A stretch of 64,000 nt of DNA from Coleofasciculus chthonoplastes F2-STO-03 (GTDB lineage Bacteria > Cyanobacteriota > Cyanobacteriia > Cyanobacteriales > Coleofasciculaceae), in contig JAVJWO010000040.1 in assembly GCA_040222015.1 (NCBI GenBank), forward strand, positions 32,001 to 96,000, given 5' to 3'. The translations under genes were made by a program, and so were the position numbers. Numbering within the stretch: the stretch's first letter is position 1; every line of letters starts with the position of its first letter. Positions 41,319 through 54,077 of this stretch are shown in pieces. A model generated the notes under the pieces. The model was not told the origin of the DNA. It saw only the letters and a program-made list of their open reading frames with translations, and did not search any database.

Positions 41319-41437
41319 AAACGTTTACAACTCCTTACCTATTATGGACAGAAACTGGATCAGAGTCAGTAAAATGGCAAGTAAAATCCGCTTACTTTTA
41401 TCCAACCCTTAACAACTAGAAATTCAAGCAGACACCC

Positions 41438-41965
41438 GTGAGTGATAGAAGACGCCAACGCGATCTACCCCAAATCAACGAAAGAATCCGCTATCCTAAG
41501 ATTCGTGCGATTGATACCGATGGCACACAGCTAGGAATCATTGCCCCTCAAGAGGCTTTATGCATCGCTGAGGAAAAAGAGTTGGATCTTGTCTTGGTTA
41601 GCGATAAGGCAGATCCGCCCGTGTGCCGGATCATGGACTACGGCAAATACAAATTTGAACAGGAGAAGAAAGCCCGCGAAGCCCGGAAGAAGCAACACAC
41701 GGCGGACGTTAAAGAAGTCAAGATGCGCTATAAGATTGATGATCATGACTACCAGGTGCGTGTCAACGCCGCTAGGCGCTTTCTGAAATCAGGAGATAAA
41801 GTTAAAGCCACGATTACCTTTCGGGGGCGAGAAATTCAGCACGCTAACTTAGCCGAAGACTTGCTCAAGCGCATGGCAACGGATTTACATGACGTTGCCG
41901 AAGTGCAGCAAGCCCCCAAACGGGAAGGTCGTAATATGATGATGCTACTCTCTTCCAAAAAATAA
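41438..41965 (+). CDS. infC: translation initiation factor IF-3
   Basis: [37 protein letters not shown] start. Confidence 0.96.
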   Translation: MSDRRRQRDLPQINERIRYPKIRAIDTDGTQLGIIAPQEALCIAEEKELDLVLVSDKADPPVCRIMDYGKYKFEQEKKAREARKKQHTADVKEVKMRYKIDDHDYQVRVNAARRFLKSGDKVKATITFRGREIQHANLAEDLLKRMATDLHDVAEVQQAPKREGRNMMMLLSSKK

Positions 41966-41973
41966 GACTTGGG

Positions 41974-44900
41974 ATGAAACTACAAACTCGTACTCGCATT
42001 CAAAATGAATGGGTACGGCGAATCCTAGAATGGGTCAATCTTCGCCCAGAAGAAGGCGAGCGCACCTTTTTGATGTTCGCCTTCTACACCGCTACCTCAG
42101 TTGGGCTGCTTTGGTTTGAGTATAGTGCGACAGCACTGTTCTTGGACGAATACGGTGCGAGGTGGTTACCCGCCATTTATATCGCCAGCTCCCTGATGGT
42201 GTCTGGACTAGGGGTCTTATACTCTTGGCTACAAGAACGGGTACCGATGAGGCGTGTCTTGGTCACAGTCGCTTTCCTAACGGGCGTACCCTTGTTGATC
42301 TTACGGTTGACCTTAGGCTTTAGCTATTTAAACGGTTTAATCGCCTTGGGTACCGTTTTTCTGTTGCGATTGTGGATGGATGCGGTCGAAGTTCTCAATG
42401 ATCTCAACTCTCAAGTTGCCGCGAATCAATTATTCAATATTCGGGAAATTAAGCGCACTTATCCGATTGTGTCATCAGGACTCTTAGTGGCTGATGTTAT
42501 CTCCGGCTTTTCTTTACCCCTGCTGCTGTTGGTTGTCGGCACAATTCAAAACGTTCTCGTGGTGGCGGCGTTGATGATGATGGTTGGCGCTGGCACCTTG
42601 TTTTATTTAACCCAACGCTACCAGCAAGCCTTTCCTAACTTACCCACAAGGGATTGGGAAGACGATGACCAGAAATTTGTGGTTCGCCGCACGACCGGAC
42701 ATCTACAACGCTATATTGTGCCGTTATTTGCCTTTTTTATTCTCGGTGAAGCCCTGTATCTGCTGGTAGAGTTCCAATATCTGGGTCAATTAGAGGCAAA
42801 TTTAGAAGCCTCAGATATTGCTGGGTTTTTGGGGTTATTCAGTGGGATTGTCGGCATATTTGAACTCACCTCTCAGTGGTTCCTATCCAGTCGCGCCGTG
42901 GAACGTCTGGGCGTCTTTGTCGCGGCGATGATGCTACCTGCGTCCTTAGCGATTATGGGCTTAATCACATTGAGTGGTTTACTGGATGTGGTGATTAAGC
43001 TATTCGGTGCCGTCATTACCATCCCCGGATTCGTGACCGGATTATTTGTCGGTCTAATTTTCCTGCGGTTTATTGACGAACTCCTGCGCTATACCTTAAT
43101 TGCTGGCATTGAACCGTTCTTGTTCCAACCGATACCTGAAGGAATTCGTAATGCCCTGCAAACCCGAGTACAGGGAATTGCAGAACCCATAACCACGGGT
43201 ATTACGGGCATTAGTATGCTCGCTGGGATCTGGCTGTTGCATCACCTATTCCCAGGACAGCCGGAAGCTCAAATTCAACAATGGCAGAGTGGTATGTTTA
43301 TTCTTGCCATTGTGTTTTTCTCCCTAATCTGGTTGCTGAGTGCTTGGTCGATGCGCTCGACTTACGTTACCTTGCTGGTTGATAGCGCTGAACAAGGACG
43401 CTTAGGGTTTTCTGATGTTGACTTAAAGGCGTTCAAGCGAACGGTGATAGAAACCTTAGAACAACCGGGTACGGAAGCTGATAAACGCTCTTGTATTCAA
43501 CTGTTATCCCAGATTGACCCCACGAATGTGGGTGAGGTACTCGCTCCCCTTTTGCCTCGCCTTTCTATTGCGCTTCAGTGTCAGAGTCTAGAGGCGATGT
43601 TGGAGTATCCCAACCCAGCCTATTGTCAGGATGTGCAAGTCTTGATTGAGCAAAAACCGCCGCCAGAAGTTTTGGCGTTGGCGCTGCGTTATGTTTGGCT
43701 GACTCAACCGGAATTGGATATTGACACGATTAAACCTTATCTCCATGGGACAGTTGATCCGATGGTGCGAGCCACAGCCGCTGCGATTATCTTGCGTCGG
43801 GGAACCTCGCAAGAGAAGGCGGAAGCGACAGAGATCCTGCGGCGAATGGTGATCTCAAAACGGGAACGAGAACGGGTGATGGGGACGCGGGCTTTAGGAG
43901 AGGCAGAGTATTTGCAAGCCTTGAGAGTTCATATTCCTCATCTGTTAAAAGATGAATCGTTGCGTGTTCGTTGCGCTTTATTAGAGGTGATTGCGTCAAC
44001 CCATTTGGATGAGTTCTACCCATCGCTAGTACGAGGACTTTATTACAAATCGACTCGTGAAGCGGCTCGCATGGCGTTGGTACGTCTGGGGAATGAAGCA
44101 ATTCCGTTGCTGCTGGAGTTGGCAGAAGATATCCATAAACCGGATTTAGTTCGGGTACAAGCTTGGACGGCGTTGGCGGAGATTGGCACACCCGAAACCC
44201 TGAACTATCTGGTGCAACAGCTAATGACGAGTTGGGGGATCAGCCGTCGTAATATTCTCCGCAGCTTATTGAAAATTCCTAATGAGGAAGGAATCGATGT
44301 GGTGCTAGATCAGTTGGGACGGAGTGGGATTGAGACGTTAATTGAGCAAGAACTGCTGTTTTTGGGTCAGATTTATGCCGCTCTGGTGGATTTGAAGCCA
44401 GAACTGATCAGTGGACAGGAGGCAGATTTGCTGCGACGGGCGTTAAATGATCAGCAAAAGGATTTGCTGGAGAATTGTTTTTTGCTGATGAAGTTTCTTT
44501 ATCCCGTTGGTGCAATTCAAGCGGCATCCTTTAATCTGGAATCTGAGTCTCGCTCCAATATTGCGATGGGATTGGAAATATTGGATAATACCATAGATAT
44601 TCCCCAAAAGCAAGCCTTTTTAACTCTGTTTGATCGCCGTTCCTTTGGCGAAAAGCTGGAATGTTTGCAAGAACTGGTGTCTTATCAACCGATGAATCCC
44701 AGCGATCGCGTGCGACGATTGATTGAGTTTCGTCATTTTCTCTCGGATTGGACTCTGGCTTGTTGTTTCCATTTAGCGCGGGGGGCTTATATGAGTTTGA
44801 CACCGGCAGCAACGTTAGTCTGTCTGCGTCATCCCACGGGTTTTGTCCGAGAAGCGGTTTTAACCTATTTGAAAGCTGCATCGCCCCGTGCTTGTATCGA

Positions 44901-44988
44901 ATTACTACCGATGCTTAAACATGATTCCGATCGGTTGGTGGCGGCGGTAGCTCAACAGATGAGTAACGAATTTGGTCTGGTGAGTTAA
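41974..44988 (+). CDS. MFS/NTT-like transporter fused to HEAT repeats
   Basis: N-terminal ~12 TM segments (FNIREIKRTYP) followed by HEAT-like repeats. Confidence 0.8.
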   Translation: MKLQTRTRIQNEWVRRILEWVNLRPEEGERTFLMFAFYTATSVGLLWFEYSATALFLDEYGARWLPAIYIASSLMVSGLGVLYSWLQERVPMRRVLVTVAFLTGVPLLILRLTLGFSYLNGLIALGTVFLLRLWMDAVEVLNDLNSQVAANQLFNIREIKRTYPIVSSGLLVADVISGFSLPLLLLVVGTIQNVLVVAALMMMVGAGTLFYLTQRYQQAFPNLPTRDWEDDDQKFVVRRTTGHLQRYIVPLFAFFILGEALYLLVEFQYLGQLEANLEASDIAGFLGLFSGIVGIFELTSQWFLSSRAVERLGVFVAAMMLPASLAIMGLITLSGLLDVVIKLFGAVITIPGFVTGLFVGLIFLRFIDELLRYTLIAGIEPFLFQPIPEGIRNALQTRVQGIAEPITTGITGISMLAGIWLLHHLFPGQPEAQIQQWQSGMFILAIVFFSLIWLLSAWSMRSTYVTLLVDSAEQGRLGFSDVDLKAFKRTVIETLEQPGTEADKRSCIQLLSQIDPTNVGEVLAPLLPRLSIALQCQSLEAMLEYPNPAYCQDVQVLIEQKPPPEVLALALRYVWLTQPELDIDTIKPYLHGTVDPMVRATAAAIILRRGTSQEKAEATEILRRMVISKRERERVMGTRALGEAEYLQALRVHIPHLLKDESLRVRCALLEVIASTHLDEFYPSLVRGLYYKSTREAARMALVRLGNEAIPLLLELAEDIHKPDLVRVQAWTALAEIGTPETLNYLVQQLMTSWGISRRNILRSLLKIPNEEGIDVVLDQLGRSGIETLIEQELLFLGQIYAALVDLKPELISGQEADLLRRALNDQQKDLLENCFLLMKFLYPVGAIQAASFNLESESRSNIAMGLEILDNTIDIPQKQAFLTLFDRRSFGEKLECLQELVSYQPMNPSDRVRRLIEFRHFLSDWTLACCFHLARGAYMSLTPAATLVCLRHPTGFVREAVLTYLKAASPRACIELLPMLKHDSDRLVAAVAQQMSNEFGLVS

Positions 44989-45112
44989 CCTTGTTACCGA
45001 CCGAAGCCGAGATATGTCCACCTACTTATTTTGCGTCAAAGTGGGATAGAGTAAACTAGACCTTTGTTCAGCTATATTTAGCACCAATCTCCAGCAGCTA
45101 CCCGCTAACCCC

Positions 45113-45595
45113 ATGTTAACCAGCGTTGAGCGTTTACTTTTTGTCAGGGGCGTCCCCATTTTTCAGGAATTGCGGGACGATTTTCTGGTGCGCGTTGCTT
45201 CGGTTATGGATGAGCTATCATTTCCGAGTGATCATACGATTGTTACCCAAGGGGAAGAAGGGCGATCGCTATACATTGTGGTGTCCGGTTCCGTGCGGGT
45301 TCACATTGGCGATCGCGATTTGGCATATCTGAAGCAAGGTGCTTGTTTTGGCGAGATGTCACTTTTTGATGCTGAACCGCGTTCGGCTTCGGTGACAACA
45401 TTGGAAACCTGCGAATGTCTGATGCTGACTCAACTGCAATTGTATGACGCTATTGATGAGACGCCAGGAATTGCGATTAATATTATCCGCTTACTCTCCC
45501 GCCGCATTCGAGAACTGAATAATAAGTTGAATGCTTACGAAGTGAAACATCCGGCGTCTGATTTCAGTAAAACCAGCAGTAATTTTACGAGGTAG
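45113..45595 (+). CDS. cyclic nucleotide-binding domain protein
   Basis: QGEEG.SLYIVVSG.V, FGEMSLFDAEPRSASV. Confidence 0.9.
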   Translation: MLTSVERLLFVRGVPIFQELRDDFLVRVASVMDELSFPSDHTIVTQGEEGRSLYIVVSGSVRVHIGDRDLAYLKQGACFGEMSLFDAEPRSASVTTLETCECLMLTQLQLYDAIDETPGIAINIIRLLSRRIRELNNKLNAYEVKHPASDFSKTSSNFTR

Positions 45596-45602
45596 TTAAG
45601 GA

Positions 45603-47039
45603 TTACAGCTTTAGAGCTTTGTGCCTATAGTGATTCCCAGTTTCTTGGAGATCTAGAGCGATTCGTTCTCGCAATTTCCAAGGTAGCAAGACTTCTACTT
45701 CTGCACCTAAAGCCCGTAAGCGCCGGATTACGTGATAATCGTTAACCCGGTATTGATCTTGGTAGTAGCCATCATCGGGAGAGCGATGTTGAAGAATGTC
45801 TAGCCGAGTATTTTTGTGTTCGGGATTGGGCGTATGTTGTTTGATTAAACGGGTGGCTTGCTGATAGTTAATCGGGGCAAAGGTGTGATGCAAGAACGTA
45901 CCTCGAATATAGTGATCATGAAACTGTTGGTTAAACCGTAGTACCATCAACGCCGATGGTTTATAGAAATCAAATCCCCAGGCTTGTTTCAGCTTCGTGT
46001 GAACCGTTGTGGGTGTGGGCAATTGGTTCTTCTTGTATTGCTCCTGCAACAACTGGGGGACGCGAGTATCTGTCCAGTTTAATGGCATCAACCGCTCAGA
46101 GCAAATTCGGTCGAGGCGATAATTGTGCCAGTTGATTTCGCTTTTGGGAGTGCTGCCATAGGCACATAAGTATTTTGCCCGTTCCATATAATAGATACAA
46201 ACCGGATAGACAACGCATTCTTTGATTAAACCCAAATGAGCGCTGTGATAAGTCATGAGTAGGGGAGACATTTGTCCAGAGTCCCAAATGTCCTGCAATT
46301 GTCCCTGAAGTTGATCCACCTGATCTTGTTTTTGGGTGGATTCGGGGACTAAGTAATCAATGTATAAAAAGACACGATGAGTATCGTCTTGGGGATGGGG
46401 AGAGATTTGCTCAGTTAAGAATGGGATATTGGGGTCGAGAAAACTTACCATTTCCAAGGTTTCTGCCAAATAAACCTGCTCTTGAGGCGTCAGATTGCTG
46501 TTAGAGATTCGGTTTTCTGGTTGTTGAGAAATGGGCAAGACTTGGACGCGACGGTAGTTCTTGCTTCTCCCGGTTGAGTGAGGAACTCGTTGCAGCCAGT
46601 TGAGATCAACCAGTAAGTCTAAGTCACTCTGAAGGGATTTACGAACTTGAGCAAATAGCCGTTCGTGGAGTAAGTTTTTCAGGTCAGAATCAGAAATTGA
46701 CAGGTGTTGTTGTAGGGATTCTTGCCATTTATCAATGGCTATATTCACTTCTTTGAGCCATGTTCTGGTGGTTTTCGTGCAGGCACAGTTAGGTTCGTGG
46801 TGCTGGAGAATATCGTTTTGTTTCTCATCCTGGTGCGTTGGGCTGAAGAAGGCTTGACGCCAATCCGCGTAGGTGAATCTGTCGGGCAAAGCCGCGTATC
46901 CCTGATCCCCATACAGCCAGCGCAGCCAAACCCATAATCTCACCGCCCGGGTGAGATGGTGATTTTGTTGCAAAAGTCCTTTGGCTAATCGTTGCAGGAG
47001 TTCAGGTTGGGGGGGATGGCGAAAGAATAGATCAGACAT
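45603..47039 (-). CDS. WYL-domain CRISPR-associated protein (TIGR03985-like, cyanobacterial type III-D loci)
   Basis: RAVRLWVWLRWLYG, YPVCIYYMERAKYLCAYG, WHNYRLDRI, AWGFDFY, RLRALGAEVEVLLPW.LR. Confidence 0.8.
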   Translation of the reverse strand: MSDLFFRHPPQPELLQRLAKGLLQQNHHLTRAVRLWVWLRWLYGDQGYAALPDRFTYADWRQAFFSPTHQDEKQNDILQHHEPNCACTKTTRTWLKEVNIAIDKWQESLQQHLSISDSDLKNLLHERLFAQVRKSLQSDLDLLVDLNWLQRVPHSTGRSKNYRRVQVLPISQQPENRISNSNLTPQEQVYLAETLEMVSFLDPNIPFLTEQISPHPQDDTHRVFLYIDYLVPESTQKQDQVDQLQGQLQDIWDSGQMSPLLMTYHSAHLGLIKECVVYPVCIYYMERAKYLCAYGSTPKSEINWHNYRLDRICSERLMPLNWTDTRVPQLLQEQYKKNQLPTPTTVHTKLKQAWGFDFYKPSALMVLRFNQQFHDHYIRGTFLHHTFAPINYQQATRLIKQHTPNPEHKNTRLDILQHRSPDDGYYQDQYRVNDYHVIRRLRALGAEVEVLLPWKLRERIALDLQETGNHYRHKALKL

Positions 47040-47248
47040 CAGTTTTGGTTTTGTTGAGTGTGGCTTATAGGTTATCAAGTATCGGAAGGGGGTGCTTCCG
47101 CAGGGGTGGCATAATTTTGGGTACAGAGGCGATCGCGCCCTCGACTCGTCCCCCTCTCAATCCCATGGAGATAAGTTGGATTAGAGTGTTAAGGAAGAGC
47201 GATCGCCTATCTCACTCCAGCAGCGACGTCATACACAGGTTAGCCACT

Positions 47249-48283
47249 ATGAACACATCTGAGTTGGATAAGTACAAAGTCGATCATCTGTTCTTGCTCA
47301 TTGGGGAAAATCCTTTGCCTAATTATGTAGCTGCCAGACTCTTGTTAAACAAGGGAGGTATGCCCTATCTGGTTTACTCAAAGGGTACAAAAGATCCAGC
47401 GGAGCGTTTACAAACAATATTGAGTAACGAGTCAATTGGCTTAGAAACAGCTCAACTTGTGCCACTTAATGATTACGAATCCGATGCTTATCACATTAAA
47501 AATGCGATTCGTCTAAGACTAGAATCTATCAAAGTGGGAAACATTGGATTGAATTACACGGGTGGTACGAAGGCGATGGCTGTACACGCTTACAGAGCCG
47601 TTTTCAGCAAAGAGCGTCCCGACACTGTTTTTAGCTATCTTGATCCACGCAAGCTAGAGATATGTATTGATCGAGAAGATTCTCCCTGCATCGGCATTAA
47701 AGTGAAGCCAGAATTGTTGGAAGTCAAACTTGTAGAGTTTTTTAATCTTCACGGTTTGAAGTTAAACGGAAAACCTACTCAAGAAGTGCAATTACCTGAA
47801 TTAGCAGCAGCACTTACCCAAGTATTTAATAATGAGGATAAAGCAAAACGGTGGTTTGATTGGTACTGCAATGTTTTCTGTAAAGAGGCTCGTAAGAAGA
47901 AAAATGGCAATTGGGGTGATTGGAACAGCAAGACAAAATTAGCTGCATTATCAATATCAGTCGAAAAATTACCGCCAGAAGTTGAGGCTGAGTTTAAGGG
48001 AGAAAACTTAATTGATTCAACTGGCAAACTCTCGTTGCAAGCAGTACAACAATTAAAGACCATAAAACAGGAGCCTGTCTTTAAAGAAATCAAGGATTTT
48101 TGTAAATACCTGGACGGCTTGTGGTTAGAGCATTATGTTTTGAAAAAAGTCAAAAATATTGCTGATAAAAACTATATCAAAGATTGCGGACTTAATTTTA
48201 AAGTATCTCTCCCAGGAACTCAACAGGGATTTGAATTTGATGTGTTGGTGAATACTTCTGGGCAAAGGAAGGAGGGATTGTAA
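47249..48283 (+). pseudogene. CARF-domain nuclease (Card1/Can2/DUF1887-like), truncated within the nuclease motif
   Basis: LFLLIGENPLPNY, LNYTGGTKAM, G.WLEHYV, GFEFDV followed by unrelated sequence and a stop; no following D/ExK. Confidence 0.75.
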
Positions 48284-49440
48284 AGTTATACAAAGAAAAG
48301 CGACGGATTAATATTCATAATTTTCGCGATCGCAAAAAAGGGAGAGCGACAGATAATCAAGGTGAACTCTTCCGCTACGAGGCTTTAGATGCAGGACAAA
48401 CCTTTCAATCTATCATCCTTTGTGAAGATGACGATGTAGAAACCATTCAGAATTTATTAGCCGAACCAAATATCTGGTTAGGAGGTTCTCAAAGTGCGGG
48501 ATACGGACATACTAAAATTATTGAAACCCAACCATCTAGCACGAATTGGAGTGAAATAGGAATTTCAGCAGAAGACCGAGAAAATGATGACGTTTTGAGT
48601 ATCACCCTTCTCAGTGACACGCTGTTAAGAAACGATCAGGGTCAACCTGTAGCTGATCCAAGTTTAATTAAACAAGCGATCGAGGATGTTTTAAATATAA
48701 CCTTGCCTCAACCTAAACCAGGAGGTATTTTCACTAGCAGTACGTTAATCGGTGGCTTTAACCGGAAATGGGGATTGCCTTTACCTCAAGTTCCAGCCTT
48801 AACAGCAGGGAGTGTGATTGTTTTTGAAAGTGAAGATATTGCAATTACTACAGAACAAATTAAGCTACTTGAAGTTTGCGGAATTGGAGAGATAAGAGAA
48901 GACGGTTTTGGGAGGATTGCTGTAAATTGGCTAAACGATGAATATATTCAAGTAAAATTAGCCAAGTTATCTAGTACCTCCAGCTTACCGCCGTTAAGAA
49001 GCGAAGACTCGCGGCTTTTGGCTGAACAAATGGCACAAAGACTGTTGGAACAAAAGCTAGAACAATATCTTCAAAAACAGCTTGGATATTTAAGTTTGGA
49101 TGAGGGCATGAGTAACAGCCAATTATCACGACTGCAATCTGTTGCCCGACAAGCACTTCCCAACGGAGATTGTAATTTAGTTATCTCGCTGCTAAATAAC
49201 TTACCCTCTAATGCTAAGAATCAGTTTGAGCGCATAAAATTAGGAAACAAATCGTTCAGAAAACAGCTAGACGAGTGGCTAGAAAATCCGACAAATTGGA
49301 TTAATGGTATAGAATTAAAAATTGCTGATGTAGAGCGCAAATTTGATGACGATCGCGCTCGACAAGATAAGCTAGCTGAAAAGTACACGCTACGCCTAAT
49401 TATGGCAGTAGCCAAGAAGGCAACTAAGGAGAAAAACTAA
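48244..49440 (+). pseudogene. csx10: Csx10 RAMP protein, 5'-truncated
   Basis: Open frame from ~48241 without a start: KRRINIHNFRDRKKGRA, FRYEALDAGQTF, LGGSQSAGYG, GGFNRKWGLPLPQ, GIGEIREDGFG. Confidence 0.8.
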
Positions 49441-50216
49441 TGATTCTTGAACGCCTGAACCGCCACCAACGCCCTATTGCTAAACGCATCATTGTACGAG
49501 GCAGATTAATTTTAGATACTCCGACTTGTCTAGGAAGTGGTGATGCAGATAGTCCAACTGATTTAGCATTACTCAGAGATAGTATTAGTGACCATGCTAT
49601 TTTAACAGGTTCATCTATTGCAGGTGCTTTGAGAAATTACTTACGTGAGTATGAGCATGGGTATGTGACAGGTGAACAAGAGTGCGATCGCGCTACTTCC
49701 CTATTTGGTGGAACCCGTCGTGATGATGATGGTGAACAAAGTCCATTAATTGTGAATGATGCCATCAGTAGCAAGATACCGACTGTGGAATTGAGAGATG
49801 GAGTAGAAATTGAAGGAAAAACTGGTACAGCCAAAAAAGGTCAGAAATACGACTTAGAGCTATTAGCCGCCGGAACTGAATTTTCTCTATGTTTTGAATT
49901 ACTGATAGAGCAGAAACAAGACCCCAGAGAACAGCAAAATTATGAAGATAGGCTAGTAAAATCACTAGCATTAGCTTTACGAGGCTTAGAGCTTGGTGAA
50001 ATTAGCATTGGCATGAAAAAGCGACGGGGCTTTGGTCGCTGTAAAGTGAAAACGTGGCAAGTTTGGCAATTTGACCTCACTCAAGATGATAAAAGATTAG
50101 AATGGCTACTATTTGAGCATTGGTGTACAGAATTATTACCAGAACACGAAACGTATTCGTCAATTGCTACTGCTCTTGGGCTGTCTTTGGATGAAGAGGA
50201 AGACAAACGCGAATGA
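49440..50216 (+). pseudogene. Cas7/Csm3-group RAMP; probably the first domain of a truncated double-Cas7 subunit
   Basis: LILDTPTCLGSG, GSSIAGALRNYL, RDGV.I, IGMKKRRGFG; ends abruptly at EEEDKRE. Confidence 0.7.
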
Positions 50217-50745
50217 AACGCTTAGAACTTGGTTAGAGGAACAAGCGAGAACCTGTAACCTAAATTATCTGCTAGCTCATGCTGAAGACGGTGTAATTTG
50301 GGGTCGCTTTGATTCAGGCAAATTAACCACAGCGGAACAGATATTTCACCAGCCTGAGTTTAACGTAGATTTTCCATCCCTACGAGTCTTCACCCTTCAA
50401 CAATGCCGTATCTTTGGCAAAAATACTGAAGTGATGCTCTGGAAAGTGGGTCAAGACGACTGGAAAGCACGTTCCATTGAGGATAAATATCTGTCAGAAG
50501 AGGACTATATTTCCGAAAATCAAATCCTTTGGGGAACTAAAGCCGAGAAGGAATCCAATGGATTTACTTTAGTGTCAGATGGCTCTCAAGGTTTAAAACA
50601 CGCTGTACCTTTAAGTGGGAGTTTTAAAGGTAAAGATTCTCGATTCTTACGTTTAAAAGTACATCATTATATTCATTATGATGATGGAGTAGCTCGTATC
50701 TATTTGAGTCGTCTGGTTAATTTATATTTTGATAGCAATACTTAG
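50212..50745 (+). pseudogene. csx19: Csx19 (TIGR03984-like), lacking its native start
   Basis: WLEEQA..YLLAHAEDGVIWG, TLQQCRIFG, QILWGT, QGLKHAVP, RLKVHHYI.YD.GVARI..SRLV. Confidence 0.75.
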
Positions 50746-50816
50746 ATTTTAATTATTTGTCTCAATAGCATCGAACTCACATTAAAATAAGAATAGATTG
50801 CATTAAGGAGCAAATT

Positions 50817-51404
50817 ATGATTACCACTCGCGAACACTATCAAAAAATGACGGCTGAAGAATACTTAGAATGGGAAGCCAAGCAAGAATTTCGCCATGAA
50901 TATATTGACGGCGAAATTCTTGCTATGACAGGAGGAACTCTTCCTCATAATGACATTGCCCTTAACTTGTACAGGACTTTATATCCTCATATACGTCAGA
51001 GGGGCTGTCGAGTTAATGTGTCAGATGCGAAAGTTCAGGCTCGTAAAAATAGTCGCTATTTCTATCCCGATTTAGTTATCAGTTGCGATCCTGATGATTT
51101 GAAAGCTCGCGATTTTATTCAAAATCCGAAAGTTATTGTTGAGGTTCTTTCTCCAGGTACAGCCAATTACGATCGCACGAAAAAACTCAAGTATTATCGC
51201 CAGATTCCGAGTTTGCAAGAATACGTCTTAGTGGATTCAGAAGAAATAGTAGTTGAGGTTTATCGTAGAGGAGAAGGTAAGATGTGGCTTTATTATGAGT
51301 ATGAAGCTGGGGAAGCGATCGCTTTAGAAAGTATTGAGTTTGAGTGTGCGATCGACCTGCTGTATGAAGGTGTTAGTTTTGAACAAGAGTTAGAGGATAA
51401 ATAG
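50817..51404 (+). CDS. Uma2/DUF820 family endonuclease-like protein
   Basis: MTAEEYLEWE, RHEYIDG, YPDLVISC, VEVLSPGT, PSLQEYVLV; AAGGAG RBS. Confidence 0.92.
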   Translation: MITTREHYQKMTAEEYLEWEAKQEFRHEYIDGEILAMTGGTLPHNDIALNLYRTLYPHIRQRGCRVNVSDAKVQARKNSRYFYPDLVISCDPDDLKARDFIQNPKVIVEVLSPGTANYDRTKKLKYYRQIPSLQEYVLVDSEEIVVEVYRRGEGKMWLYYEYEAGEAIALESIEFECAIDLLYEGVSFEQELEDK

Positions 51405-51443
51405 AGATTAAGTTAATTCACTGAATCATAAGGAAACTGAACT

Positions 51444-53378
<1,935 letters not shown>

Positions 53379-53556
53379 AGGTAGCACCAGATCCGGTGAA
53401 AAGTAAGAGCAACATGGGGGTAGTTAACCCGGATTTAGTCTGAGCCATAGGCAGGGGAATTTTTTATTTGGCACAGATTGCCGTTTTTTCCAAATCAACG
53501 TTATAATCTGATTTGTGTAAGTATGTTTCCTTGGAAACGCCGCTACACACAAGGAA

Positions 53557-53629
53557 GGGCGCGTAGCTCAGTGGATAGAGCACCAGATTCCGGTTCTGGG
53601 TGTCGGGGGTTCAAATCCCTCCGTGCTCG
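53557..53629 (+). tRNA. trnR: tRNA-Arg(CCG)
   Basis: GGGCGCGTAGCTCAGTGGATAGAGC, anticodon arm CCAGA-TTCCGGT-TCTGG, GGTTCAAATCC T-loop; no encoded CCA. Confidence 0.95.
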
Positions 53630-54077
53630 TTAAACTGTCGATTGACACATTATTTGTCATCGTTGTCAGATTAGTGTCATCGGCTCTCCAGTAGGACGAG
53701 GGTAGGGGTTATTGATACGGTCGAGGGTAGTATTTTTCCGTTTGATGAAGGCTTGTTGTTGGTTATTGAGGTCGCCTTTTTCGTTCATCTTAGTTAAAGT
53801 TTTGGCGATGTCTGCTGCTTTTTCGGCACGAACTTCCTCATGCTGCGATATTATGCAGTTTCCTTGATCCCGAATAAGTCATGTCACAATCCTGGTGCTG
53901 ACTTTTGGCATCCCATCCGATAATAAGGCGATGTTGAGTTTCGTGTAGGTACAGCCCGCCGTAGGCATCGCGTCTCTCGATTCAGGTCAATTTGGTAATC
54001 TTCTATAATGTATAGTTTCGGAGGCAGATTGTAATAACTCTTGCCTTAGAATCCAATAGATTTTGCTCAGGTTATCG

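Noticed and set aside
41974..45595. Transporter-HEAT and cNMP-binding genes as CRISPR ancillary or cyclic-nucleotide defence genes
   Set aside because: They follow infC, look like ordinary conserved cyanobacterial genes and converge on the WYL gene; adjacency alone is insufficient
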